Below, piece by piece: positions 55,040 to 64,000 of a stretch of DNA of 64,000 nt. Under the pieces are notes generated by a model that ran no database searches, was not told where the DNA came from, and saw only the letters and a list, made by a program, of their open reading frames with translations. The stretch comes from Deltaproteobacteria bacterium (GTDB lineage Bacteria > Desulfobacterota > Binatia > UBA1149 > CAITLU01), in the NCBI GenBank assembly GCA_016218925.1, contig JACRCR010000160.1, positions 23,677 to 87,676 on the forward strand, read 5' to 3'. The position numbers and the translations under genes are program-made. Numbering within the stretch: position 1 is the stretch's first letter; the number at the start of each line of letters is the position of its first letter.

Positions 55040-56737
55040 TTACTTGCCGGAACCGGTAAGGAAGTAGCGGACCGCGAGCAACGCGGCGATGGCGTAGAAG
55101 CACGACGAAACGACCGGGAATCCCACCACCGTCCAGGTCTGGAAGTCCAACGCGAGCGTCCCGCACAGCGCGGCTGCGGCGATCATCAGCGCCAGCCGGT
55201 TGCGCTCGTTCACGCGCGCGTAGCTGCGCTGGATTTCCTCGATGTGGTTGATCTCGACGCCGAACTGAGCGCGGCCTGCACGTACGTCCTCGAGGATGGC
55301 ACGCGAGGTATCGGGCAGGCCGCTGAGGGTGTCGGACAGGTCGCGGATCGCGTCGTAGGCGCTTCGCGCGAGCCGGCGCGGGCTGTAGCGCTCGGCCAGC
55401 AGCGCCGCGACGTAAGGCTGTACGGCCGCGGTGATGTCCATGTCGGGGATCAACTGCTTGGCCACGCCTTCCATCGTGATCACGGCCTTGAACGTCATCG
55501 TGTAGTCGGCCGGCATCCGGATGCGATGCTTCAGCGCCATCGCCACCAGATCGGTGAAGAACGCGCTGAACTCGATCTCGCTGATCTTCTTTCCGCCGAA
55601 GCGATGTTCCATGCACTCGACCACGTCGGCCTCGAAAGGCTCGTACAGGCGAGTCGACTCCTTGCCGTGTACGCCGATCTTCCAGAACGTGCGCGCGACG
55701 GCGGGGAAGTCCTGGCTCACAAGCGCCGTCAGCAGATCGGCGAGGTGGTCGCGCTGGCGCATCGAGAGACTTCCGACCAGCCCGAAGTCGATGAAGCACA
55801 GCGTGTTGTCGTCGCGGACGAAGAGATTGCCTGGATGCAGATCGCCGTGGAAGAAGCCGTCGGCGTGGATCATCTGAAGGACCGCGTTCAGCGCGGTGCG
55901 GACCACGCGATCGACGTCGAAACGATCCGGCGTGATCGACGAGATCTTGGTGCCGTCGATGAATTCCATCGTCAGCACGCAGGCGGCGCAGCGGTCGCGG
56001 TACGGGATCGGGAAGTGGACGCCGGGCTGGTCGCTGAAGTTGCGACGGAAGCGCTCGATGTGATCGAGTTCGTTGCCGAAGTCGATCTCGCGGCGGATCG
56101 CCCGCTCGAACTCGGATACGACGCCGACCGCCGAGTAAAGGCGCGCGTCGGGAAAATTGGCTTCCAGCGCGCGGGCGAGGAAGCCCATGATCTCCACGTC
56201 GGCTTCGATCTGCTTCTTGATGCCGGCGCGCTGGACCTTCACCACGACCTCGACGTCGCGGCCGCGCAGGCGGGCGCGGTGAACCTGGGCTATCGACGCA
56301 CTGGCCAGGGGTTCGGGACGGAAATCGTCGAAGAGATCCTCGATCGTGCCGCCCAGTTCCGCCTCGACGATCTTGCGGACGTCGTCGAACGGCATCGGCG
56401 GGACCGCGTCCTGCAGCGTCTTCAGTTCGTCGATCCACTCGGGCGGGAGCAGGTCGGGCCGGGTGGACAGGATCTGTCCGAGCTTGACGAATGTCGGCCC
56501 CAGTTCGTGGATGGCCAGCAACACGCGCCGCTGGATCGGGAGGTGTTCGTCGTCGCCGGCGCGCAGCTCGAACAGTTTCTTGACCAGCCACTCGTCGCGC
56601 AGGCTCAGTTGCTGCAGGAACGCGCCGAACCCGTGCCGTGCCAGTACGGCGACGATCTGGCGGAAGCGGCCTACGTCGCGGAACACGGCTTCGCCGCTGC
56701 GCAGATTCTCGTAGGCTCGCTGTAGGGTCGTTGACAT
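55040..56737 (-). CDS. AarF/ABC1/UbiB family atypical kinase
   Basis: LGPTFVKLGQILSTRPDL, ASASIAQVH, VKVQR, FFHGDLHPGN, IDFG. Confidence 0.93.
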   Translation of the reverse strand: MSTTLQRAYENLRSGEAVFRDVGRFRQIVAVLARHGFGAFLQQLSLRDEWLVKKLFELRAGDDEHLPIQRRVLLAIHELGPTFVKLGQILSTRPDLLPPEWIDELKTLQDAVPPMPFDDVRKIVEAELGGTIEDLFDDFRPEPLASASIAQVHRARLRGRDVEVVVKVQRAGIKKQIEADVEIMGFLARALEANFPDARLYSAVGVVSEFERAIRREIDFGNELDHIERFRRNFSDQPGVHFPIPYRDRCAACVLTMEFIDGTKISSITPDRFDVDRVVRTALNAVLQMIHADGFFHGDLHPGNLFVRDDNTLCFIDFGLVGSLSMRQRDHLADLLTALVSQDFPAVARTFWKIGVHGKESTRLYEPFEADVVECMEHRFGGKKISEIEFSAFFTDLVAMALKHRIRMPADYTMTFKAVITMEGVAKQLIPDMDITAAVQPYVAALLAERYSPRRLARSAYDAIRDLSDTLSGLPDTSRAILEDVRAGRAQFGVEINHIEEIQRSYARVNERNRLALMIAAAALCGTLALDFQTWTVVGFPVVSSCFYAIAALLAVRYFLTGSGK

Positions 56738-56797
56738 CCGGAACGAGTACTCACCGACACAGTAACGGCGGAAGCGGTTCGCGTCTACCGCGCTTGA

Positions 56798-57694
56798 TCA
56801 TGGCGACGGCTTCTGCGTGGCGTTCCTGACCATCGAAAGGAACACCCCGGCCGCTGCGCTGAGACGTACGTCTTTGCGATAAAGCACGAACAGTTCTCGC
56901 GAGATCTGCATGTTCTGCGCTTTCACTACGGCGAGGCGGCCCGCCTGCACTTCCCAGTCGACCGCGATACGCGAGACTGCGGCGATGCCCAGGCCCGCGG
57001 CGACGGTGTGCTTGACCGCTTCGACGGAATCCAGCTCGAGATAGGGCTGCCAGCTCGCGCCTCGTCGAACGAGCCACTGATCGAAAGCTCGCCTGGTTGC
57101 GGAGCCCTCCTCCCGGGCGATGTACTGGTCGTCGAGGATCTCCTGGATGGGCACCGCCCGCCGGCGCGCGAGGCGATGCGTCGGTGCAGCGATGAGACAG
57201 ATGGCATCGTTCGCGAATACCTCGGTCGTCGTATGGTTCGTGTCGACGCGCTCTCCCACAAAGCCGAGATCGAGCTCGCCACGAACCACTTTGCCTTCGA
57301 TCGCGCGCGAGTTGGCGATCTCGTAGCGAAGGTCCACGCCAGGATACTCGCCATGAAACGCGGCGAGCGTTGGCGGAAGCATGTACGTCCCGGGCGTGGA
57401 GCTGGCGCCCACGCGGATCTCGCCGCGGCGCAGTTGGCCCAGATCCTCGAGCGCGGCGCGCACGCTGCGGACCTGCCCGATCAGCCGCGCGCCCTCCTCG
57501 AGCAGCAGTTCTCCCTGGGCGGTCAGCCGCACGCGACGCCCAGCCTGCTGGAACAGCTTCACCCCGAGGTCTTCTTCGAGGCGCTGTACCTGCCGCGAGA
57601 CGGCGGGCTGCGTGAGATGACGGACGGCGGCGGCCTCGGTGAAGCTGGCGGCGCGGGCCACGGCGAGAAAGGTCTCCAGATAATCTATATCCAT
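56798..57694 (-). CDS. LysR family regulator (CysL / selenium-associated type)
   Basis: SFTEAA...LTQPAVS.QV..LE HTH, IRVGASSTPGTYMLP, REEGSATR; divergent from the tauE-selD operon. Confidence 0.92.
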   Translation of the reverse strand: MDIDYLETFLAVARAASFTEAAAVRHLTQPAVSRQVQRLEEDLGVKLFQQAGRRVRLTAQGELLLEEGARLIGQVRSVRAALEDLGQLRRGEIRVGASSTPGTYMLPPTLAAFHGEYPGVDLRYEIANSRAIEGKVVRGELDLGFVGERVDTNHTTTEVFANDAICLIAAPTHRLARRRAVPIQEILDDQYIAREEGSATRRAFDQWLVRRGASWQPYLELDSVEAVKHTVAAGLGIAAVSRIAVDWEVQAGRLAVVKAQNMQISRELFVLYRKDVRLSAAAGVFLSMVRNATQKPSP

Positions 57695-57707
57695 GCCGGT
57701 TTGTCAT
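57693..57707. promoter_or_regulatory. Putative LysR box (T-N11-A)
   Basis: ATG-CCGGTTTGT-CAT dyad overlapping the lysR start, followed by an AT-rich tract. Confidence 0.45.
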
Positions 57708-57767
57708 CCGAAGGATAGAAACAATTCATTTGTAGCATAGTGCCCTGAGCCCGTATGGTGCAAGCGG

Positions 57768-58580
57768 ATGCACGTCATGGATGGAAGCGCACCCGCGAGC
57801 CTCTTGATGTTGGTCGCCGGACTCGGATTCGGAGGCGGCGTGCTCTCGGGCCTGCTCGGCATCGGCGGCGGCATCCTGATGACCCCGCTGCTGCTCTTCG
57901 TCCCGGTGGCTTGCCGACTACCCGCGTTGGACATGCAGACGGTAGCCGGCCTGACGATCGTGCAGAGCCTGTTCGCCGGCCTGTCAGGACTCGCTTCGCA
58001 CCGCGAACGCGGGAACGTCCATTTCGGCCTGGCCCTGTGGCTCGGCGGCACGATGGTGGTCACGGCGTTCGGTGGCGCGTGGTGGTCGAGGGACGTCAGC
58101 TCGGAAACGTTGCTCGCGCTCTTTGCGGGTCTTGCAGTAGCCGCTGCCTGCTTGATGCTCGTCCCGGCCGCCCACGCCGACGAAGAGCGCGGCGCGGATC
58201 GCGTCTCGTTCGGCAGAGCGCGCGCTGTCGCAGTCGGGATCGTGATCGGCTTCACCGGCGGTATGGTCGGCCAGAGCGGGGCTTTCATGGTGGTGCCCGC
58301 GACGATCCACTTCCTGCGGGTCCCCGTGCGAACGGCGATCGGCACCACGCTCGCCGTGGTAGTGCTGGCGGCGCTGGCGGGAACCGCAGGCAAACTTTCA
58401 ACCGGGCAGGTCGTTCTGCCGCTGGTGCTGGCGCTCGTGCCTCCGACGATGATCGGTGCACGCATCGGCGCGCGGTGGAGCGGACGTCTGCGGCCGGATG
58501 TTCTGCGACGTGTGCTCGCGCTCGTCATCGCGGCTGCCGCGATGCGGATCTGCTACGAACTTCTCACTCGCGCGACGTGA
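57768..58580 (+). CDS. Sulfite exporter TauE/SafE family membrane protein
   Basis: SGLLGIGGGILMTP and the repeated GMVGQSGAF..P half; AIGTTL; ~8 TMs. Confidence 0.9.
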   Translation: MHVMDGSAPASLLMLVAGLGFGGGVLSGLLGIGGGILMTPLLLFVPVACRLPALDMQTVAGLTIVQSLFAGLSGLASHRERGNVHFGLALWLGGTMVVTAFGGAWWSRDVSSETLLALFAGLAVAAACLMLVPAAHADEERGADRVSFGRARAVAVGIVIGFTGGMVGQSGAFMVVPATIHFLRVPVRTAIGTTLAVVVLAALAGTAGKLSTGQVVLPLVLALVPPTMIGARIGARWSGRLRPDVLRRVLALVIAAAAMRICYELLTRAT

Positions 58581-58597
58581 CGAACAGGAGGACTGTG

Positions 58598-59692
58598 ATG
58601 AGCACCGAAGACAACCTCGACACGAAGACGATGACCGCCGCCGATGCGCCCGCAGCGTGCAGGCTCACGGAGATGAGCCACGGCGGTGGTTGAGGGTGCA
58701 AGATAGGGCCGGCGGCCCTACACGAAGCACTCAGCCATCTACCGCTCATCACCGATCCGCGCGTGCTGGTGGGAATAAATACGGGCGACGACGCAGCGGT
58801 GATCCGCCTGCGTGATGACCTCGCGCTCGTCCTGACGGTGGATTTTTTCACGCCGGTGGTGGACGACCCCTACGATTTCGGTCAGGTCGCGGCGGCGAAT
58901 TCACTCAGCGACGTCTACGCGATGGGAGGAGTTCCACTCTCCGCGCTTTCGATCATCGGTTTCCCCGCTACGAGCACACCGCTCGACGTGATGGGACGCA
59001 TTCTTCGGGGCGCGGCCGACAAGGCCAAGGAGGCCGGCATCGAGATCGTCGGCGGCCACTCGGTAGAGGATCCGGAGCCCAAGTTCGGTCTGGCTGTGAC
59101 GGGGACGATCCATCCGGACCGGATACTAGCCAACCACGGGGCGCGGCCGGGCGACGCGTTGTTTCTCACCAAGCCTCTCGGATCCGGCGTTCTGACGACA
59201 GCGATCAAGCGCGGCCTGCTCGACCATGCCGAGATCGCTGAGGTCACGCGCGTGATGGCGACGCTGAACGCGGCAGCTTCCGAAGCAGCGCTCGGCGCGC
59301 AGGCGCACGCGTGTACCGACGTGACCGGCTTCGGGTTGCTCGGACACGTGCGTGGCATGCTCCAGGGTCGTGGTCTCGGTGTCAGCCTCGGCGCCGGCGC
59401 GATCCCGCGGCTCGGACGCGTCTCCGATCTCTTGCGCGACGGCGTGTGGCCCGGCGGAACGCAGCGCAATCTCGACTACTACGGCCCTTGGTTGCGGCTC
59501 GAACCCGGTGCGCCGCAGGACACGAGGCTCCTCGTCGCCGACCCGCAAACTTCCGGCGGGCTGCTGATCGCGGTCGCACCGGATCGGGCCGGCGAGCTGG
59601 CCGATCGTTTGCGAGACCTCGGTGTCGAGGGTTGGGCCGAGATCGGCCGGGTCACCGAAGAAGCCGGCGAAACGATATCGATCACAGCGTGA
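58598..59692 (+). CDS. selD: Selenide, water dikinase (selenophosphate synthetase), selenocysteine at codon 32
   Basis: AGGAGG RBS; RLTEMSHGGG-TGA(58691-58693)-GCKIGP stays in frame with DDAAV, TVDFFTPVVDDP, ANSLSDVYAMGG, TDVTGFGLLGH, DPQTSGGLL. Confidence 0.95.
58694..58732 (+). promoter_or_regulatory. Putative bacterial SECIS element
   Basis: Directly after UGA: lower stem GGGUGC/GCACUC, internal loop, upper stem UAGGGCC/GGCCCUA, G-containing apical loop. Confidence 0.75.
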
Positions 59693-59703
59693 CGGAGGAA
59701 TCC

Positions 59704-60513
59704 ATGGCAAGAATCGCGGTATTGGCGTATGGGACGAGCGCGTATGCGCTGTTTCTCGGGACGTTTCTTTACCTGATCGGTTTCGTCGGGAACCTCGTAG
59801 TGCCCAAGTCCATCGACTCCGGCGCCGGCGCAGGCACGCTCGCCGCGTGGATCGTCGACGCCGGATTGCTGGGTCTGTTTGCTCTGCAGCACAGCGTGAT
59901 GGCGCGTCCGGGCTTCAAGCGACGGTGGCTGCGCATCATTCCGATTGCCATCGAGCGAAGTACCTTCGTACTGCTCACCAATGTCATCCTCTGGTTGCTG
60001 TTCTGGCAGTGGCGGCCGATCGCGACGACCTTGTGGCAAGTACCGGGCGGCTTGGGGACAGCAGCCGTCCAGTCGATCTTCGTCGTTGCCTGGATCGTCG
60101 TCCTGCTCGGCACATTCATGACGAACCATTTCGAATTGTTCGGACTGCGACAGGTCTGGCTCCATTTCCGGGGAACCCCGTACGCGCCCATCGCGTTCAC
60201 CACGCGCGGGTTCTATCGCTACGTCAGGCATCCGCTCATGGTCGGGTTCCTGCTCGCGTTCTGGGCAACACCCCGGATGACGGCTGGCCACTTGATGTTC
60301 GCGTTCACGATGACCGCGTATGTTCTGTTCGGCATCCGCCTGGAAGAGCGCGATCTCGCCAAGGTCCTCGGGAAGTCGTACGAAGCCTATCGAGCTTCGA
60401 CCCCGGCTCTTCTTCCGCGCGGTCGATCGACGCGCGACGGTGCTCGAAGACCGCGTTCGAGTCGTCAACGACACGGCCGCATCCGGACCGAGCCGGTCGG
60501 ACGAGGAATCTAG
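59704..60513 (+). CDS. mddA: Methanethiol S-methyltransferase MddA-like membrane methyltransferase (ICMT/PEMT family)
   Basis: GFVGNLVVPKSIDSG, LFALQHSVMARPGFK, ERSTFVL, WQWRP, NHFELFGLRQV, YRYVRHPLM.GF..FWATP.MT.GHL, EERDL; GGAGG RBS. Confidence 0.85.
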   Translation: MARIAVLAYGTSAYALFLGTFLYLIGFVGNLVVPKSIDSGAGAGTLAAWIVDAGLLGLFALQHSVMARPGFKRRWLRIIPIAIERSTFVLLTNVILWLLFWQWRPIATTLWQVPGGLGTAAVQSIFVVAWIVVLLGTFMTNHFELFGLRQVWLHFRGTPYAPIAFTTRGFYRYVRHPLMVGFLLAFWATPRMTAGHLMFAFTMTAYVLFGIRLEERDLAKVLGKSYEAYRASTPALLPRGRSTRDGARRPRSSRQRHGRIRTEPVGRGI

Positions 60514-62552
60514 CTCCACATCGCACGTAGCCGGGCGCCGACGTCCACCCGCACGCTGCCTCGAGCAGTACCCGAACGATCCACGTCTCGGTTGCCGCAA
60601 TGCGTGCGCCGTTCGAAGCGGTCGAGGATCGAATCCGGGATGAAGCGTGTGCGCGGCGCGTAGACGTGGCGATCACCGTAGCGGTGCTGCTCGCGGGTGA
60701 AGAAACGCTGCGGGTGGATCAGGTACAGGTGATCGCGCGCGCGGGTCATCGCGACGTAGAGCAGGCGCCGCTCTTCCTCTATCTGGTCGCGGCTTCCGGT
60801 CGACATGTCGGATGGAATGCAGCCGTCGACGGCGTTGAGCAGGTAGACGACATCCCATTCCCTGCCCTTGGCCGAGTGGATCGTCGAGAGGATCAGGTAG
60901 TCCTCATCCAGGTGCGGAGACCCCGCCTCGTCTCCGCTCGCGCTCGGCGGGTCCAGTGTCAGCTCGGTCAGAAAGCGCTCGCGCGACGGATAGCCGGCTG
61001 CAATCTGTTCGAGCTGATCGAGGTCGCCGCCGCGCGCGTGCGCCGCATCGTAAAGCCGCTCGAGGTGCGGCTGATACCACTCGCGCACGGCGCCCATCTG
61101 TCCGTGCCACGTAGCGGCTCGGTGCAAGCCGGTGAGCAGGTTGCAGAGCGAGGGCCACTCTTCGGCCGCGGCCGGCGGGGCGCGGAATCCGTGCAGCGCG
61201 CCGAAGTCGAAACCCTGCGCGTCCAGCACCGCGATCGCGCGCCGCGCGTTACCCGGCCCCATGCCGGGCAGCAACTGCAACACACGAAACGCCGCGAGCG
61301 AGTCGTGAGGGTTCTCGACCCAGCGCAGGATGCACAGCAGATCCTTGACGTGCGCGGCTTCGAGGAACTTGAGGCCGCCGTACTTGATGAAAGGGATGTT
61401 GCGTCTCGCCAGCTCTACTTCGAGCTGATCGCTGTGGTGCGCGGTTCTGAAAAGGACCGCCTGCCGCTGTAGCGCTATGCCGGCCTCGCGATGCTCGAGG
61501 ATCCGTTCGACGACGTAGTCGACCTGTGCTGTCTCGTCCTCTGCGGTGACCAGTATCGGCCGTTGCTGTGATCCCCTGGTCGAGAACAGGTTCTTCGCGA
61601 AACGCTCGCTCGCCAGTGCGATCACCGCGTTGCAGGCGTCGAGGATCGGCACCGACGAGCGGTAGTTCTGCTCGAGCGTGATCACCGTGGCGGGCGGAAC
61701 GAAGCGGCTGGGGAAGTCCAGGATGTTGCGCACCGTCGCGGCGCGAAACGAGAAGATCGACTGGGCATCGTCGCCGACTACGGTCAGTCCCAGCCCATCG
61801 GGCCGCAGGCCGAGCAATACCGCGGCCTGCAGCGCGTTGGTGTCCTGATACTCGTCGACCAGCACGTGGTCGAAGCGTTCCCGTACCGCCTCGGCCAGCG
61901 CCGGTTCTTCCATCATCTGGTGCCAGTAGAGCAGCAGGTCGTCGTAGTCGAGCACGTTGCGCGTCTGCTTGGCCTCGACGTAGGCGCGAAACAACGCGCG
62001 AAGCTCATCGCTCCACGACTGGCACCACGGGAAGGCTGCGGCCAGCACTTGTTCCACCGAGCTCTGCGCGTTGACCGCGTGTGAGTAGATGGCCAGGCAG
62101 GTCGCCTTTTTCGGAAAGCGTCGCGTCTTGCGCGAGAGCCCCAGCTCGTCGCGCAGCAGGTTGATCAGATCCTCCGCGTCGGGGCGGTCCAGCACGGTGA
62201 ACGACGGTGCCAGGCCCACCGACTCGGCGTGCAGCCGCAGCAGGCGGTTGGCGATGCTGTGAAACGTTCCCGCCCAGCGCAGCGGTTGCGTGCGTGTCTG
62301 CGCGCAGATGCGCTGTGCGCGACGGGTCATCTCCTGCGCCGCGCGCCTGGTGAACGTCAGCAGCAGGACCCTGTCCGGGTCGGCCCCAGCGGCGATCAAG
62401 TGCGCGACCCGATGTGCCAGCGTCTTGGTCTTTCCGGCTCCGGCGCCGGCGATGATCAGCAGCGGCGGTGCGGCGGTGGCGCTGCCGTGCTCGACCGCGG
62501 CGCGCTGCGCCGGGTTCAGTTCCTCTACCAGCCTGCTCGGTTCCACCGCCAC
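60510..62552 (-). CDS. ATP-dependent DNA helicase, UvrD/Rep family
   Basis: LNPAQ, AGAGAGKT, LTFTRRAA, GTFH, VDEYQDTN, VGDDAQSI, NYRS, TIHSAKG.EW, EERRLLYVAMTRA. Confidence 0.95.
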   Translation of the reverse strand: MAVEPSRLVEELNPAQRAAVEHGSATAAPPLLIIAGAGAGKTKTLAHRVAHLIAAGADPDRVLLLTFTRRAAQEMTRRAQRICAQTRTQPLRWAGTFHSIANRLLRLHAESVGLAPSFTVLDRPDAEDLINLLRDELGLSRKTRRFPKKATCLAIYSHAVNAQSSVEQVLAAAFPWCQSWSDELRALFRAYVEAKQTRNVLDYDDLLLYWHQMMEEPALAEAVRERFDHVLVDEYQDTNALQAAVLLGLRPDGLGLTVVGDDAQSIFSFRAATVRNILDFPSRFVPPATVITLEQNYRSSVPILDACNAVIALASERFAKNLFSTRGSQQRPILVTAEDETAQVDYVVERILEHREAGIALQRQAVLFRTAHHSDQLEVELARRNIPFIKYGGLKFLEAAHVKDLLCILRWVENPHDSLAAFRVLQLLPGMGPGNARRAIAVLDAQGFDFGALHGFRAPPAAAEEWPSLCNLLTGLHRAATWHGQMGAVREWYQPHLERLYDAAHARGGDLDQLEQIAAGYPSRERFLTELTLDPPSASGDEAGSPHLDEDYLILSTIHSAKGREWDVVYLLNAVDGCIPSDMSTGSRDQIEEERRLLYVAMTRARDHLYLIHPQRFFTREQHRYGDRHVYAPRTRFIPDSILDRFERRTHCGNRDVDRSGTARGSVRVDVGARLRAMWS

Positions 62553-62870
62553 TCCCGGTCTCCTGTGCGCGCCTGTGCCGTGCGATCCGAAACGCGAGGG
62601 TGCACCGTACCATCGGCGAAGGAATGGCGAAAGTCAGAGGCGAAAGCGCCCGGCGGCGATCGCGACGAGCGCCGGCTGGCGAGCCGCCAGCCCCGCAAAA
62701 CCGGCCTTTATCATGTCGATGCGTGCCGAGTGCCACTTTCTCCCATCCGACCGTTCGGTAGACTCGGCGCCCAACGGAATAACAAGACTATCGACAGCCG
62801 ATGACGCGCGGCGTTTCGCAGCGGCAGCGGGCGAGGTCGAGTGACACGAGTGACACGGAGGAGCGCACAA

Positions 62871-64000
62871 ATGACGCAGACCAAGGGCAAGTGGGCCGAC
62901 GCGTATCGAGGCAAGTGGACCTGGGACAAGGTGACTTGGGGCAGCCACTCGGTCGACTGCTACCCGGGCGGTTGTTCGTGGCACGTCTACACCAAGGACG
63001 GCAGGATCGTCCGCGAAGAACAGGCGGCAGTGCTTCCGCCGATCGAAGCCGGCATCCCCGACATGAACCCGATGGGCTGCCAGAAGGGTGCATCGTGGAG
63101 TCACTGCCACTACTCGCCCGACCGCATCACCCAGCCGATGAAGCGCGTGGGCGAGCGCGGTGAAGGCAAGTTCGAGCCCGTCTCATGGGACGACGCACTG
63201 ACCGACATCGCCGACTCGATGCTCGATGCGATCGCCGACCAGGGCGGCGAATCGATCCTGACGCTGCTCACTCCCGAAGTCGGAGCGATCCCGGCACGCA
63301 TGTTCGCGTACCTGCTCGGCACCGCATCTACCGACGGCAACGCCGAGTTCCAGGATTTCAGCCCCGGTTGGCACATCACCTGGGGCCTGTTCAATCCGAC
63401 CTCGACGATGGACGACTGGTTCCTGGCCGAGCTCACGCTGATCTGGCACGCCAATCCCGTCTACACCAACATTCACTGGTACCACTACCTGGCCGAGTCC
63501 CGCTACAACGGCGGCGAAGTGGTGACGATCGCGCCCGATTTCAGTCCTTCGGCGATTCACGCCGACCACCACCAGCCCATTCGCATCGGCACCGACGCGG
63601 CGCTGGCACTGGCGATGTGCAAGGTGATCATCGATGCCGGGCTCTACAAGAAGCAGTTCGTGCAGGAGCAGACCGACCTGCCGTTGCTGATCCGTACCGA
63701 CAATGGGCGTTTCCTGCGCGGTAGCGACGTGTACGAAGGCGACCGCGAAGACCAGTTCTTCTGGTGGGATCGCCTGACCAACCTGCTCACTCCGGCGCCG
63801 CGCCACACGCTGGCTACGACCGGCGTCGACCCGGTGCTCGACGGAACTTACAAAGTCACGCTGCTCGACGGCACGACCGTCGAAGTAGAGCCGGTGTTCG
63901 CGAAGTTGCAGCGGCACCTCGAGGACTACACGCCGGAAAAAGCCGGCAAGATCTGCCAGATCCATCCCGACAACATTCGCAGCCTGGCGCGCAAGGTCGC
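62871..64000 (+). CDS. Molybdopterin oxidoreductase alpha subunit, DMSO-reductase type II (EBDH/S25DH/NarG-like), 3' partial
   Basis: Not in the ORF track because it has no stop. GGAGGAG RBS; MTQTKGKWADAYRGKWTWDKVTWGSHSVDCYPGGC..REEQ..PDMNPMGCQKG (FS0), PMKRVGERGEGK, IAPDFSPSAIHAD, GTDAAL, EQTDLP. Confidence 0.92.
   Translation, partial: MTQTKGKWADAYRGKWTWDKVTWGSHSVDCYPGGCSWHVYTKDGRIVREEQAAVLPPIEAGIPDMNPMGCQKGASWSHCHYSPDRITQPMKRVGERGEGKFEPVSWDDALTDIADSMLDAIADQGGESILTLLTPEVGAIPARMFAYLLGTASTDGNAEFQDFSPGWHITWGLFNPTSTMDDWFLAELTLIWHANPVYTNIHWYHYLAESRYNGGEVVTIAPDFSPSAIHADHHQPIRIGTDAALALAMCKVIIDAGLYKKQFVQEQTDLPLLIRTDNGRFLRGSDVYEGDREDQFFWWDRLTNLLTPAPRHTLATTGVDPVLDGTYKVTLLDGTTVEVEPVFAKLQRHLEDYTPEKAGKICQIHPDNIRSLARKV

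Noticed and set aside
57755-58693. 312-aa ORF ending MSHGGG, and the separate 58763..59692 ORF, read as a pseudogene
   Set aside because: Only the last 31 codons are real; they form the selD N-terminus, continuous through a Sec UGA
62721-62735. Sigma54-like TGGCAC..GC on the minus strand upstream of the helicase
   Set aside because: The -12 element lacks TTGC; too weak to call

Overview
High-GC, gene-dense bacterial chromosomal window with about 52 CDS. I saw no rRNA, tRNA, CRISPR array, transposase or phage gene. The gene content suggests a Deltaproteobacteria/Binatota-like lipid degrader (inference). Main blocks: (i) acyl-CoA catabolic genes (CoA-transferase III, SCP-x-type thiolase, CoA ligase, three acyl-CoA dehydrogenases, enoyl-CoA hydratase, acetoacetate-decarboxylase family); (ii) a LolA-like/LolE-LolE-LolD/OM-barrel ABC system; (iii) several two-component genes; (iv) a glycyl-radical enzyme (GRE) of unassigned subclass with its activase, a tandem flavin split-barrel protein and an anaerobic sulfatase maturase, converging on a Tat-exported arylsulfatase; (v) a ~1490-aa Cys-rich/DUF11 surface protein; (vi) a selenium locus in which LysR is divergent from tauE-selD-mddA, and selD is a selenoprotein (in-frame UGA plus SECIS-like hairpin, split in the ORF track); (vii) the 5' part of a type II DMSO-reductase-family molybdoenzyme with no Tat leader, absent from the ORF track. 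Best candidates for undescribed biology: the selD-mddA selenium-methylation operon, the GRE operon, and a secreted protein with an identical FNPQPEPPG motif at both mature termini. All calls come from motif recognition by eye; no database searches were run.
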